Below are positions 38,422 through 47,134 of a DNA stretch of 64,000 nt, piece after piece. The stretch comes from Patescibacteria group bacterium (GTDB taxonomy: Bacteria; Patescibacteriota; Patescibacteriia; 2-01-FULL-39-33). Below the pieces are notes generated by a model. That model did not search any database, was not told the origin of the DNA, and worked only from the letters and a program-made list of their open reading frames with translations. The stretch lies in the NCBI GenBank assembly GCA_041649575.1, contig JBAZMW010000002.1, positions 148,487 to 212,486 on the forward strand. Reading direction: 5' to 3'. Each line of letters starts with the position of its first letter. Position 1 is the stretch's first letter. A program made the translations under genes and the position numbers.

Positions 38422-39291
38422 TTATTTTTTCTTTACCACCAGCCACCCAAATTTAATGGTGGCATTATAAATCCTACTTAACCGGCGCGGTTCTTGGATT
38501 AGCCGATATAGCCATTCTAACCCCAATCGCCTCAAAAATAAAGGCGCGCGTCTCACCTGTCCCGACAAAAAATCAAAAGTCCCGCCGACGCCAATCGCCA
38601 CTTTAATTTTTGGCACTTTGGCTAAGTTGTCTCTGATCCACTTCTCCTGCCTCACTTGCGGCAAGGCCACCAACAGAATATTGGCTTCGCTGGCATTAAT
38701 TTTTTCCAGCACCTGATTGTTGTTTTCAAATTGCCAACATTTGTTTTCTATGGGATCCCCACGGCCGGCTTCGCCGGCCTCGGGATGACATTGTAGAAGC
38801 GGCCCGCCTTGGTCAAAGCCAGCCACTTTGCCAATATATTTTTCTGCCACTTGTTTTGCCGCTCCTTCTTTTCCGCCCAGTAAATAAATTTTATAAATGT
38901 CATTGCGAGGGAGCGCGAGCGACCGTCCGCCTAGGCTCGGCGAGACTGGTGGCAATCCCGTGGGATCACCGCGTTGCCCGGTCATTTGACCGGGCTCCTC
39001 GGGATGACAACTTAGAAGTGCCTCTATTAGATCCACGCCCGTCACTCTCTCTAATTTTTCTTGTTTTAAAAATTTAGCCGCCCAAACCAGCCCAGCGCCA
39101 TCGCAGGTGGCCAAATCAGCATTATTTAAAATATTTCTGAAAACTTCGTCTTTTTGCGCCGCCACCACAAATTCCGGATTAATCGTCACCACCTGCCTTT
39201 GGCCTTCCGCTGTCAGCCATTTTTTAATTAACTTCAAGGCTTCTGGCAAATTGACCTGATCGATTTTTATTCCCAGTATTTCTATTTTCAT
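38422..39291 (-). CDS. WecB/TagA/CpsF-family glycosyltransferase carrying two in-frame GC-rich insertions
   Basis: N-terminus KIDQVNLPEAL..VTINPEFVVAAQKD and C-terminus LEWLYRLIQEPRRL match WecB/TagA. Central region is interrupted by ..LLQCHPEAGEAGRGDP.. and ..LSCHPEEPGQMTGQRGDPTGLPPVSPSLGGRS.. Confidence 0.7.
   Translation of the reverse strand: MKIEILGIKIDQVNLPEALKLIKKWLTAEGQRQVVTINPEFVVAAQKDEVFRNILNNADLATCDGAGLVWAAKFLKQEKLERVTGVDLIEALLSCHPEEPGQMTGQRGDPTGLPPVSPSLGGRSLALPRNDIYKIYLLGGKEGAAKQVAEKYIGKVAGFDQGGPLLQCHPEAGEAGRGDPIENKCWQFENNNQVLEKINASEANILLVALPQVRQEKWIRDNLAKVPKIKVAIGVGGTFDFLSGQVRRAPLFLRRLGLEWLYRLIQEPRRLSRIYNATIKFGWLVVKKK
38752..38815. repeat. GC-rich palindromic in-frame insertion, module Y copy
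   Basis: gggatccccacggccggcttcgccggcctcgggatgacattgtagaagcggcc. Shares ctcgggatgaca..tagaag with 38990-39022. Confidence 0.5.
38898..39022. repeat. GC-rich in-frame insertion (module X, shared with pheT, plus module Y)
   Basis: tgtcattgcgagggagcg..ccgcctaggctcggcgagactggtggcaa is the reverse complement of pheT 25981-26037. Followed by the cccggtcatttgaccggg hairpin and gggatgacaacttagaag. Confidence 0.55.
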
Positions 39292-39294
39292 AAG

Positions 39295-39984
39295 CTACTT
39301 TTTTAGATAATTCACGATGATTTTGGCCTGGCTCTGGTTTTCTTTGTCGTCCTTAAAAGACATCAGGCCAAAAATGTCGCCTTTCCAAAAGCCCAAATTA
39401 ATTTCATAATCTGCCAGATTTTCCTTAAACTCAAAGCCGCTTTCCTTCAGCTTGTTTTTGTAGTAGCCGGCCACCTCTTCTTTCGGCTGGCTTATCTGTT
39501 TCCAGGACAAAGAGGTTGTTTCCATTTTTTTCAGTTCCGGCGAGCTTAGGGCTTTTTTTAATTCCTCCGGCGTAAAACCGCGCGACAAGTCTATTTTATC
39601 GGCAAAACTTTGGCTTAATTTAGCTTTCAAATCATTGGATAAATAAGCCAAAGTCGGCTTAAGCAGCCAGTTTGGTAAAAGGCCCATGATTTTCAAAAGT
39701 TTTTCCTTGCCTTCTGGCGTCTGCAGTTCAATCTCGGCTTTTTCCGGCAGATAAATGGCCAGTTCTTCCGGGAAATCACCCGGCAACTGGTTGACTTTTT
39801 CCACCACCGGAGAGACCGCCAATCTGACAGCGGCAAAAAGAGTAATGAAGATAATTACCAACGCCAAAATTAAACAACCGAAAAATTTGATAAATTCTCG
39901 GCTTCTATTTTTTTCCGGATTGTTCAGGTTGAGTTCCTGCCAATTTTTCATTATTTCCTGGCTAATTTTATTATATTCTAGCAA
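39295..39984 (-). CDS. Hypothetical membrane-anchored protein
   Basis: Single TM helix (FGCLILALVIIFITLFAAV). Lys/Glu-rich extracytoplasmic part. Confidence 0.4.
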   Translation of the reverse strand: MLEYNKISQEIMKNWQELNLNNPEKNRSREFIKFFGCLILALVIIFITLFAAVRLAVSPVVEKVNQLPGDFPEELAIYLPEKAEIELQTPEGKEKLLKIMGLLPNWLLKPTLAYLSNDLKAKLSQSFADKIDLSRGFTPEELKKALSSPELKKMETTSLSWKQISQPKEEVAGYYKNKLKESGFEFKENLADYEINLGFWKGDIFGLMSFKDDKENQSQAKIIVNYLKK

Positions 39985-40289
39985 ATACCAGCCTTTTTTG
40001 CAAAAGTAAATCAGTCTTGTTATAATAAAAGTGGTTCATTTCCTCGAGACCCGAACTGGTCATTTGGGTCTCACCGCTCCGGTGGGGAAGCGAAACCAGC
40101 GCCTTCGCTTCCCCTCTGGCTTAACCAAAGCACCTTGGTAGCACTTCCCGGGTCTACTGAAAGCCGCATCCAGGCAAGCATTAGACCCGTTCCCGCTGTG
40201 GCGGCCGATGGCATCAGTCATCAGCCGTCCTTTTTGTTTATCCACAGTTAAATATTTATAACCAAAGAAATCTTTGCTATAATAAAATC

Positions 40290-40626
40290 ACATTGGACAT
40301 GGGGCTTGTCAAATGGCCCTGCAACCAGTCCGAACGGAGAACGAGCCATGAGAACAAAGACAACGAAGCGAGCAGCAGTGGGCGTGATGGTCGATGGCAC
40401 CGGCGGAACAGCGTACTTGGCGACGTCCTGACCTAACGAGAACGGTCGGACTGGGCGTCAAAGAAGTTCTCCGAGACGCTTGACTCAACCCAAGCGTCTC
40501 GCCGCACCTTAACTCTCCTCGGAGAGTTGTGACTATAGGTTTTCACGCTTTGACAAAGCGTGGACATCCCCCTAAGGTGAGCAGTCGGTTGCTGACAGGT
40601 AGCCGACTCTCTTTTTGTTTTTAAAA
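40290..40626 (+). ncRNA. Candidate ~330-nt GC-rich structured RNA with embedded 27-codon ORF and intrinsic terminator
   Basis: TATAAT at 40276. Perfect hairpins gagacgcttg..caagcgtctc, cacgcttt..aaagcgtg and ctctcc..ggagag. Long-range pair ccagtccga/tcggactgg. Terminator agtcggttgctgacaggtagccgact plus T-run. GGAGAA SD before ATG 40347 (MRTKTTKRAAVGVMVDGTGGTAYLATS). Confidence 0.35.
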
Positions 40627-40755
40627 AATTTAGTTATCCACAGGTACTATTTATTTCTTTAAAAAATAGTTATATAATGAAAGTGCGGAAGGTATTTACG
40701 ATAGCGTACAACCGAAGCAGGCCATCGGCCAAACGATCGGCCAAACGAAAGAAAG

Positions 40756-41259
40756 GTGGGACGGAAGATGAGAAAGTTCGTGTTTTGTACGGTAGTACTG
40801 GCGTTCGCGTTTGTGATGATTCCGGCGACGAATACTCCGGCATACGCGACGCAACTCGATCAAGGCAAGGCAGTGGCGACGGCTCCGACGACGATGGGGA
40901 CGACGCAGCAGGACGTGCAGACGGCGATGAAGAGCAACCTGGTCCTCGACGGCACCGGGCAGAAAGTCGCTGAAGTGATGAAGGCGCCGACTCTTGACTC
41001 CGGACGAGTGATTGCGCAGACGGCGACGACGAAGACGGCACGCGAAGAGCAGACGAAGATCACGGCGAAGAGTGACACGGTTGTAACGGCGAAGATCGAA
41101 GCGCAAGGCATGGGCGAGCAGATGGCAGCGGCTGGCGAAGATGACGCTGGCACGATCATCGTGGCGACGAAGAGTGACACCTATGCGACGAGAATCGAGG
41201 GCCGTATCGCTCACGACGCGGACGCGACCTTCAATGCGAACGTTCTGATCATCGGCTAA
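40756..41259 (+). CDS. Secreted low-complexity Thr/Ala-rich protein, high-GC
   Basis: AAAGGTGGGACGGAAG SD region. Signal peptide MRKFVFCTVVLAFAFVMIPATNTPAYA. The rest is T/A/K-rich with no domain. Confidence 0.5.
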   Translation: MGRKMRKFVFCTVVLAFAFVMIPATNTPAYATQLDQGKAVATAPTTMGTTQQDVQTAMKSNLVLDGTGQKVAEVMKAPTLDSGRVIAQTATTKTAREEQTKITAKSDTVVTAKIEAQGMGEQMAAAGEDDAGTIIVATKSDTYATRIEGRIAHDADATFNANVLIIG

Positions 41260-41431
41260 CCACGCGGGCAGCGCCGAAAGTCAGAACGAGTAGTACCTTG
41301 GATACACAACCGATACCGGCCAACAGTCGGATCGGCCACCTCCAGAGTTGGGTCAGCTGGCAACGGCGACCCTCTCTTTTTTTGTTTTGAAAAAATTTGC
41401 CAAAATTTTATAAATTTTTTATACTATAAGC

Positions 41432-41756
41432 AAGCGGTTCCTGCTGTGGGAACCGTGCACATTGGGTCAACGGGTCAACCGGAGGGTACAAGCAATATGA
41501 AAAAGGAAATGAGAGCGCAGGGTTTGGTCGTGGCGAAATGGAAGTAGGCTAGACCGTAGCAAGGCAACTTAGCGTTGTTGGGCGGAGGCCCCAACTAACA
41601 GTGGGCCTCCGCTGAATCTTTCCCTCGCTTGAGCGGGGTGCTGGTATATCCTTCTCTGAAGGGGTTCCCCCGTTGGGAAGTGTTGCCCATTCAACGCCTC
41701 CTGACCGCACAGGCTGCAATTTGTCGCAAGACGAAGGGCAGCCTGAATTATTTTTT
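41432..41756 (+). ncRNA. Candidate ~320-nt GC-rich structured RNA with 16-codon ORF, upstream of the radical SAM gene
   Basis: 11-bp hairpin ggcggaggccc..gggcctccgcc. GGAGGG SD before ATG 41497 (MKKEMRAQGLVVAKWK). Ends with stem caggctgc..gcagcctg plus T-run immediately before the radical-SAM promoter. Confidence 0.3.
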
Positions 41757-41781
41757 GCTATACTTAATTTATACTGAATTT

Positions 41782-42657
41782 ATGAGAGCAGCCAAATTTT
41801 ACAAAAAATCAGGGGCTAATGTTAAATGTCAGCTTTGTCGGCATTTTTGTCTGATTGCCCCAGCCAAGTTCGGCCTCTGCGGCATGAGGAAGAATATCGA
41901 CGGCCGGCTTTATTCTCTTAATTACGGTAAAATCATTGCCAGCCAGATTGACCCGATCGAAAAAAAACCGCTCTATCATTTTTTGCCAGGCAGTTTTGCT
42001 TATTCTTTGGCTTGCCCCGGCTGTAATTTTAAATGCCTTAATTGCCAAAATTCCGATCTTTCCCAAATCACCCCGGCTTTACAAAAGGCCGTTGATTCTT
42101 TGCCGGAAACCAGGCCGGAAGAGATTGTCGAGGCGGCCTGGGAAAACAATTGCCCGTCAATCGCTTATACCTATACCGAGCCCACCATTTTTGCCGAGTT
42201 TGCTCTCGACTGCATGGAGCTGGCCAGAGACAGTAATCTAAAAAATATCTGGGTTTCCAATGGCTATCTGTCGCCCGGTTGTCTGGAGGCCATCAGCCCC
42301 TATCTTGACGCCATTAATATTGATTTGAAATTTTTTAGCGATAAAAATTATCAAAAAATTTGCGGCGCTCGCCTAAAACCAGTCTTGGATAATCTGGTTG
42401 CTTTTAAAACAGCCAAAATTCATTTGGAAATCACCACTTTAATCATTCCCTCACTTAATGATAGCGATGAAGAGTTAACCGCTCTGGCAGAGTTTATTTA
42501 TCAAAAATTGGGCGACGACACGCCCTGGCATCTGGGCGCCTTTCACCCCGCTTACAAATTAAAAAATTTACCGGCTACGCCGACAGAAACCATCAAGCGG
42601 GCCCAGGCAATCGGGAAAAATATCGGCCTGAAATATGTTTATCCGGGAAATGTTTGA
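41782..42657 (+). CDS. AmmeMemoRadiSam-system radical SAM enzyme (PflA-like)
   Basis: AKFYKK...KCQLCRHFC...GLCGMRKN.DGRLYSLNYGK...DPIEKKPLYHFLPGS...CPGCNFKCLNCQN matches the family signature. Start moved downstream from the ORF-track start to MRAAKF. Confidence 0.7.
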   Translation: MRAAKFYKKSGANVKCQLCRHFCLIAPAKFGLCGMRKNIDGRLYSLNYGKIIASQIDPIEKKPLYHFLPGSFAYSLACPGCNFKCLNCQNSDLSQITPALQKAVDSLPETRPEEIVEAAWENNCPSIAYTYTEPTIFAEFALDCMELARDSNLKNIWVSNGYLSPGCLEAISPYLDAINIDLKFFSDKNYQKICGARLKPVLDNLVAFKTAKIHLEITTLIIPSLNDSDEELTALAEFIYQKLGDDTPWHLGAFHPAYKLKNLPATPTETIKRAQAIGKNIGLKYVYPGNV

Positions 42658-42753
42658 CTCTAATTTAAACCGGATTGTTTTTTTGGCTGTCTTAACGCCT
42701 GAATTTTTGTTATAATGATTTATGGTGCATGAAAGATTAGTAAACAAAATTAA

Positions 42754-44109
42754 ATGAGAAAAAACTACCAATTAGCGGTATTATTTTGTTTTTTGCTTTT
42801 TTTGCTTTTACCCTTTACGGTTGGGGCGGCCGATTTCGATCCCGATTATCTGATTTCTGATACCGAATTGGCCAATCACAATTCTTTGGACCTGTCTGAT
42901 ATTCAAAGATTTTTGGACAAAAGAAATGGCACGCTCAAGGGTTATGTCACCCTTGATAAAGAAGGCAACCTAAAAACCGCCGTCCAGGCTTTTTTCGAGG
43001 TGGCGCAGAAGTGGCTGATCAACCCCAAATATTTGTTGGTGTTGGTACAAAAAGAGCAAAGCTTACTCGAAGATACCAATCCCTCCCAGGGCCAATATGA
43101 CCGCGCTACCGGTTATGGTTGTCCCGATACCGGCGGTTGCGACGACCGCTGGAAGGGCTTCTATCGCCAGGTAAATTCCGCCGCGGCTCAAACCCGCTAT
43201 TATCTGGACAATATTAATGAGTTTACTTATCAGCCGGGAAAGGCCTATAATATTGACGGGCAGTCTGTCACTCCCAAAAACACCGCCACCGCCGGTTTGT
43301 ACAATTATACCCCCCATCTTCACGGCAATCAGAATTTCTGGAACCTTTGGAACCAGTATTTTGGCAAAAAATGGCCTAATGGCGCCCTGTTGCAAGCCGA
43401 AGGCGACGCTAGCAAGGTTTATTTGATTGAAAACGAAGAAAAACGCGAAATTATATCCAAAGCGGTTTTTGCCTCCCGCTTCGACAGTAAAAAAATAATC
43501 ACTGTCGGCCAGGAAGATCTGGATTCTTATGACTCTGGCGTGCCCATAAAATACCTCAATTTTTCCCTGCTTAAAAGCAGCCGCGGCGACATTTACATGA
43601 TCGTTGACGACCAAAAAAGAAAAATTGCCAGTCAGGAAGTTTTCAAAAAAATCGGTTTTATGGAAGATGAGGTGATTCCGGCGGATGACAGCGAGCTGGG
43701 CCTTTATAAAGACGGTCCCGAGATTACCAGCTATACCCTTTATCCCGCCGGGACGCTTTTGCAAGACAGCCAGACTAAACAAATTTTTTATGTCATCAGC
43801 GGCAAGAAGCGGCCAATAATCAATAAAGAAATCCTGGCTTTTAATTTTAACGGCTTGCCGGTCAAAAAAGTTTCTCCCGTCGAACTGGAATCGTACCGCT
43901 CTGGCAATCCCGTCACCTTGCCCGATGGTGAACTGGTCAAAATCAAGGGAGCCAATACGGTTTACGTGATTTCCAATGGCAAACGTCTGCCGATTTTCAA
44001 CGCCAAGATTTTCGAAAAAATGAATTATAAATGGACTAACGTCAAAACCGTTTCCAAAGAGACCCTGGAAGTTCATGAGCTGGGTCAAACCATCACCGGC
44101 GATTGGTAA
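42754..44109 (+). CDS. Secreted protein with four ~55-aa internal repeats
   Basis: Signal peptide MRKNYQLAVLFCFLLFLLLPFTVGAA. Four repeats of the type KVYLIENEEKREIISKAVF / DIYMIVDDQKRKIASQEVF / KQIFYVISGKKRPIINKEIL / NTVYVISNGKRLPIFNAKIF. Confidence 0.5.
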   Translation: MRKNYQLAVLFCFLLFLLLPFTVGAADFDPDYLISDTELANHNSLDLSDIQRFLDKRNGTLKGYVTLDKEGNLKTAVQAFFEVAQKWLINPKYLLVLVQKEQSLLEDTNPSQGQYDRATGYGCPDTGGCDDRWKGFYRQVNSAAAQTRYYLDNINEFTYQPGKAYNIDGQSVTPKNTATAGLYNYTPHLHGNQNFWNLWNQYFGKKWPNGALLQAEGDASKVYLIENEEKREIISKAVFASRFDSKKIITVGQEDLDSYDSGVPIKYLNFSLLKSSRGDIYMIVDDQKRKIASQEVFKKIGFMEDEVIPADDSELGLYKDGPEITSYTLYPAGTLLQDSQTKQIFYVISGKKRPIINKEILAFNFNGLPVKKVSPVELESYRSGNPVTLPDGELVKIKGANTVYVISNGKRLPIFNAKIFEKMNYKWTNVKTVSKETLEVHELGQTITGDW

Positions 44110-44138
44110 AGATTGCTATCTAAATTAATCAAAAACAT

Positions 44139-44930
44139 ATGTCTCTAGTTTTCGCGGCCATTGTGCCGCATCCGCCAATTCTCATACCCACCATTGGCAA
44201 AGAAAATTTGGAAAAGATACAAAAAACCCAAAAAGCCATGGAGCGTTTGGAGCAAGACCTTTATGCTTCCAAACCAGACATTCTAATCATAATTTCCCCT
44301 CATGGCGAAGTTCAGCATGATTTTTTTACCATCAACTTGTCTAATCAGTACCAAATTAGTTTTAACGACTTCGGCGATTTTGCCACCAAATTAGAAACCG
44401 GTGGCGACACTATCCTTATCTCGGTCAATAAAGAAAAAATCAACAGCCGCTCCCCTATCAATATTATTTCCGAGCCTAACTTGGACCACGGAATTGGCGT
44501 CCCTTTTTATTATTTGGGCCAACACCTCAAGGAAACCAAGCTGATCCCGATTTATTTTTCTTTGCTGGATAATTTGGCTCATTTGGAATTCGGCAAAAAT
44601 CTGAAAGAGGCCATTATGGGCACCGAAAAAAGAGTGGCCGTGGTGGCTTCCGGCGATTTGTCGCACTGCCTGACCGAAAACGCGCCAGCGCCTTTTAGTC
44701 CGGCTGGCAAAGAATTTGATGAAAAATTAATCGCTTTGCTCAAAAATGGCGATACCCAGGGGGTGATTAATCTGGAACCAAAATTCATCGAAAGCGCCGC
44801 CGAATGCGGCCTGCGTTCGATTTTAATTCTTTTGGGAGTTTTGAATAACATTAGCTTTCAATCGGAAATCTTGAGTTATGAGGCGCCTTTCGGCGTCGGC
44901 TACCTGGTGGCGAATTTCAAATTGGAATAA
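44139..44930 (+). CDS. MEMO1-family protein (AmmeMemoRadiSam system protein B-like; LigB superfamily)
   Basis: AIVPHPP, NLDHGIGVP, SGDLSHC, AECG and SYEAPFGVGYLVANF line up with MEMO1 family motifs APHAGY, DEHS[IL]E, SDFCH, ICG and SY..AG. Confidence 0.55.
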   Translation: MSLVFAAIVPHPPILIPTIGKENLEKIQKTQKAMERLEQDLYASKPDILIIISPHGEVQHDFFTINLSNQYQISFNDFGDFATKLETGGDTILISVNKEKINSRSPINIISEPNLDHGIGVPFYYLGQHLKETKLIPIYFSLLDNLAHLEFGKNLKEAIMGTEKRVAVVASGDLSHCLTENAPAPFSPAGKEFDEKLIALLKNGDTQGVINLEPKFIESAAECGLRSILILLGVLNNISFQSEILSYEAPFGVGYLVANFKLE

Positions 44931-44943
44931 AGATTAATTTTTT

Positions 44944-44975
44944 AAAACCGCCCTCGTTGGCGGTTTTTTTATTTG
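44944..44975. terminator. Bidirectional intrinsic terminator
   Basis: aaaaccgcc-ctcgtt-ggcggttttttt. Confidence 0.6.
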
Positions 44976-45283
44976 TCTGCCAGTACTTTAAAAAAATATT
45001 TCCACCTCTCTTTTTGCGCCAGTTCCTTGGTCTCGTTTAAGGCTCTCTCTATTATAATCTGGTTATTTTCTTTGCAAACCTTAAAAACAGAATTCCGCTT
45101 AAAAGCCGGCACGCCCAGCTCCTTGATTATTTTTAGAGCCAGTTCTTGCCATTGGTAAGCGGGCGGCTTTTTTGACTGCCGATTGGTAAAAATATCACTT
45201 AATGATTGAAGTCCTTTATTGTCTTTCATACCTAAGGAATTGTAATGGGATTTCTTTAAAAAGTTAAGAGGTGCGAAAATCAA
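44969..45283 (-). CDS. Hypothetical protein (104 aa)
   Basis: ORF only, no recognised domain. Its 3' end overlaps the terminator. Confidence 0.3.
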   Translation of the reverse strand: MIFAPLNFLKKSHYNSLGMKDNKGLQSLSDIFTNRQSKKPPAYQWQELALKIIKELGVPAFKRNSVFKVCKENNQIIIERALNETKELAQKERWKYFFKVLADK

Positions 45284-45368
45284 GTAATATTTTGCACCTC
45301 GTTTTTATTTAAAAAAATTGACAAAACTTAGTATAAATTAATATAATATAAAAAACTTAAATAAATTC

Positions 45369-45827
45369 ATGCTTCAAATACTAACCAATCCCAATCCAAT
45401 TTTGCGCCAAAAATCAGTCTTGGTCGCCGATTTTACTAATGAAGAAGTCCAGAAACTGGTGCCGGAAATGGCCGAGACTATGCTCAAAAAAGACGGGCTC
45501 GGTCTGGCCGCGCCACAAATTGGTAAAAATATCAGATTGATAGTAGTGAGCCATAAGGATGGTGTTTTGGCTCTGTTTAACCCAAAAATTATTAAAAAAT
45601 CTTGGTTTAAAGAATGGGGCGAAGAGGGTTGTTTGTCTCTGCCGGATAAATACGGCGAAGTCAAACGTCATAAGAATATAACTGTAAAATTCGATGATAC
45701 CACAGGCAAATCAGAATGTTTGGAAGCCAAGGGTTTATTGGCCAGAGTAATTCAGCATGAAATCGACCACTTGGACGGAGTTTTGTTTATTGATAAAGCT
45801 AGAAAAATCGTAAATATCGACAAATAA
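45369..45827 (+). CDS. def: Peptide deformylase
   Basis: GLGLAAPQIG, EGCLSLP and HEIDHLDG metal-binding motifs. Confidence 0.9.
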   Translation: MLQILTNPNPILRQKSVLVADFTNEEVQKLVPEMAETMLKKDGLGLAAPQIGKNIRLIVVSHKDGVLALFNPKIIKKSWFKEWGEEGCLSLPDKYGEVKRHKNITVKFDDTTGKSECLEAKGLLARVIQHEIDHLDGVLFIDKARKIVNIDK

Positions 45828-45892
45828 AACACGAAGAACGGGCACCGGTTGGCACCCGTTCGGTTCCACAGAACAAACTCACGTCGCCTTGA

Positions 45893-46093
45893 TCACGCTG
45901 GCTCCAGCAGTCTGAAGCATATCATCATGCCGATGAAGCAACAGGCCGCCACAACCATTAAGCGCTCGATTCTCCTTTCCCAACCATGCCTCATGTTTTC
46001 ATAGACGAGTGGGATCGCAAAGCCGGAGAATAAGCCAATTAGGCCAAGAACCACCATGACCACTAGCAATGCACCGTGATATGCGGTAAACAT
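45893..46093 (-). CDS. Small two-TM membrane protein (66 aa), high-GC
   Basis: GGAGGG SD 8 nt before ATG at 46093 (the ORF track's TTG start is rejected). Hairpin plus T-run terminator on the minus strand at 45830-45892. Inserted between def and fmt. Confidence 0.45.
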   Translation of the reverse strand: MFTAYHGALLVVMVVLGLIGLFSGFAIPLVYENMRHGWERRIERLMVVAACCFIGMMICFRLLEPA

Positions 46094-46157
46094 GTCCAAG
46101 ACCCTCCTGTGTCTGTTGAAATTGTGCTTGTCAAAAACATACCATTAAAATTTACAA

Positions 46158-47096
46158 ATGTCAAAAACAAAAATCATCTTTGCCGGCACGCCGGAATTCG
46201 CCGTGCCGTTTTTAAAAGCTCTGACCGAAGACTCCGATTTTGAAATTATTGGCGTCATTACTCAACCTGATAAGCCTTCCGGCCGAAAACAAGAATTTGT
46301 CCCCTCACCTATCAAACAACTGGCTCTGAAACTTGGTTTAAAAATTTGGCAACCAGGCAGTGTTAAGAATAATCCCGAGTTAGAAAAAGAATTAAAACAA
46401 GTTAGTCCGGATTTATTAGTAGTAGTCGCCTTCGGTCAAATTATTCCGCAAGAAATTTTGGACTTAGCCAAATTTGGCAATATTAATGTCCACCCCTCTC
46501 TTTTACCCAAATACCGCGGGGCTTCTCCGGTTCAGAGTGCCATTTTGACCGGCGAAACAAAGACGGGTGTCACTATCATGCTGATGGACCAAAAAATGGA
46601 TCACGGGCCAATTTTGAGCCAAAAAACCCTACTCCTTAATAGCGAAGAAACCAATCAATCCCTACACCAGGCCTTGGCAGAGCTGGGGGTGCCGCTTTTA
46701 CTGACCACCATCAAAGGCTTTTTGGGGGGTAAAATTAAGCCCCAGGAACAAAATCACGAGTCAGCCACTTTTTGCCAGACCATAACCAAAGACAGTGCCA
46801 AAATTGATTGGTCCAACGCGGCAATTGAGATCAAAAGAAAAATTTATGCTTTTTATCCCTGGCCAGGCGTTTGGGCTATTTGGGGTGGCAAGAGGATCAA
46901 GTTTTTTCCGCCAGCAGAAATCGTCAATGATTCAAAAAAACCGGGTGAAATTTTTTTGTCTGGAGACGGCTTAGCTGTTGGTTGTGGCCAAGGGTCGTTG
47001 AAAATTTCCAAGTTGCAACTGGAAGGCAAAAAAGAAATGACCGCCCAAGAGTTTTTGCGCGGCTATAACAAAGTTGTTGGTGAAATTCTAAAATAA
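46158..47096 (+). CDS. fmt: Methionyl-tRNA formyltransferase
   Basis: IIFAGTPEFAVP N-terminus, HPSLLPKYRG and the formyl-transferase C-terminal domain. Confidence 0.9.
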   Translation: MSKTKIIFAGTPEFAVPFLKALTEDSDFEIIGVITQPDKPSGRKQEFVPSPIKQLALKLGLKIWQPGSVKNNPELEKELKQVSPDLLVVVAFGQIIPQEILDLAKFGNINVHPSLLPKYRGASPVQSAILTGETKTGVTIMLMDQKMDHGPILSQKTLLLNSEETNQSLHQALAELGVPLLLTTIKGFLGGKIKPQEQNHESATFCQTITKDSAKIDWSNAAIEIKRKIYAFYPWPGVWAIWGGKRIKFFPPAEIVNDSKKPGEIFLSGDGLAVGCGQGSLKISKLQLEGKKEMTAQEFLRGYNKVVGEILK

Positions 47097-47134
47097 AACT
47101 ACGGCTTCCGATGATTTATAATATACTATCTAAG

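Noticed and set aside
41629-41781. N-terminal 51 codons of the ORF-track radical SAM call
   Set aside because: The in-frame extension runs through the GC-rich structured RNA and its terminator. The AT-rich promoter and the conserved family N-terminus AKFYKK support a start at 41782.
45893-46099. TTG start at 46099 given in the ORF track
   Set aside because: The ATG at 46093 is 8 nt downstream of a GGAGGG SD, so it is preferred.
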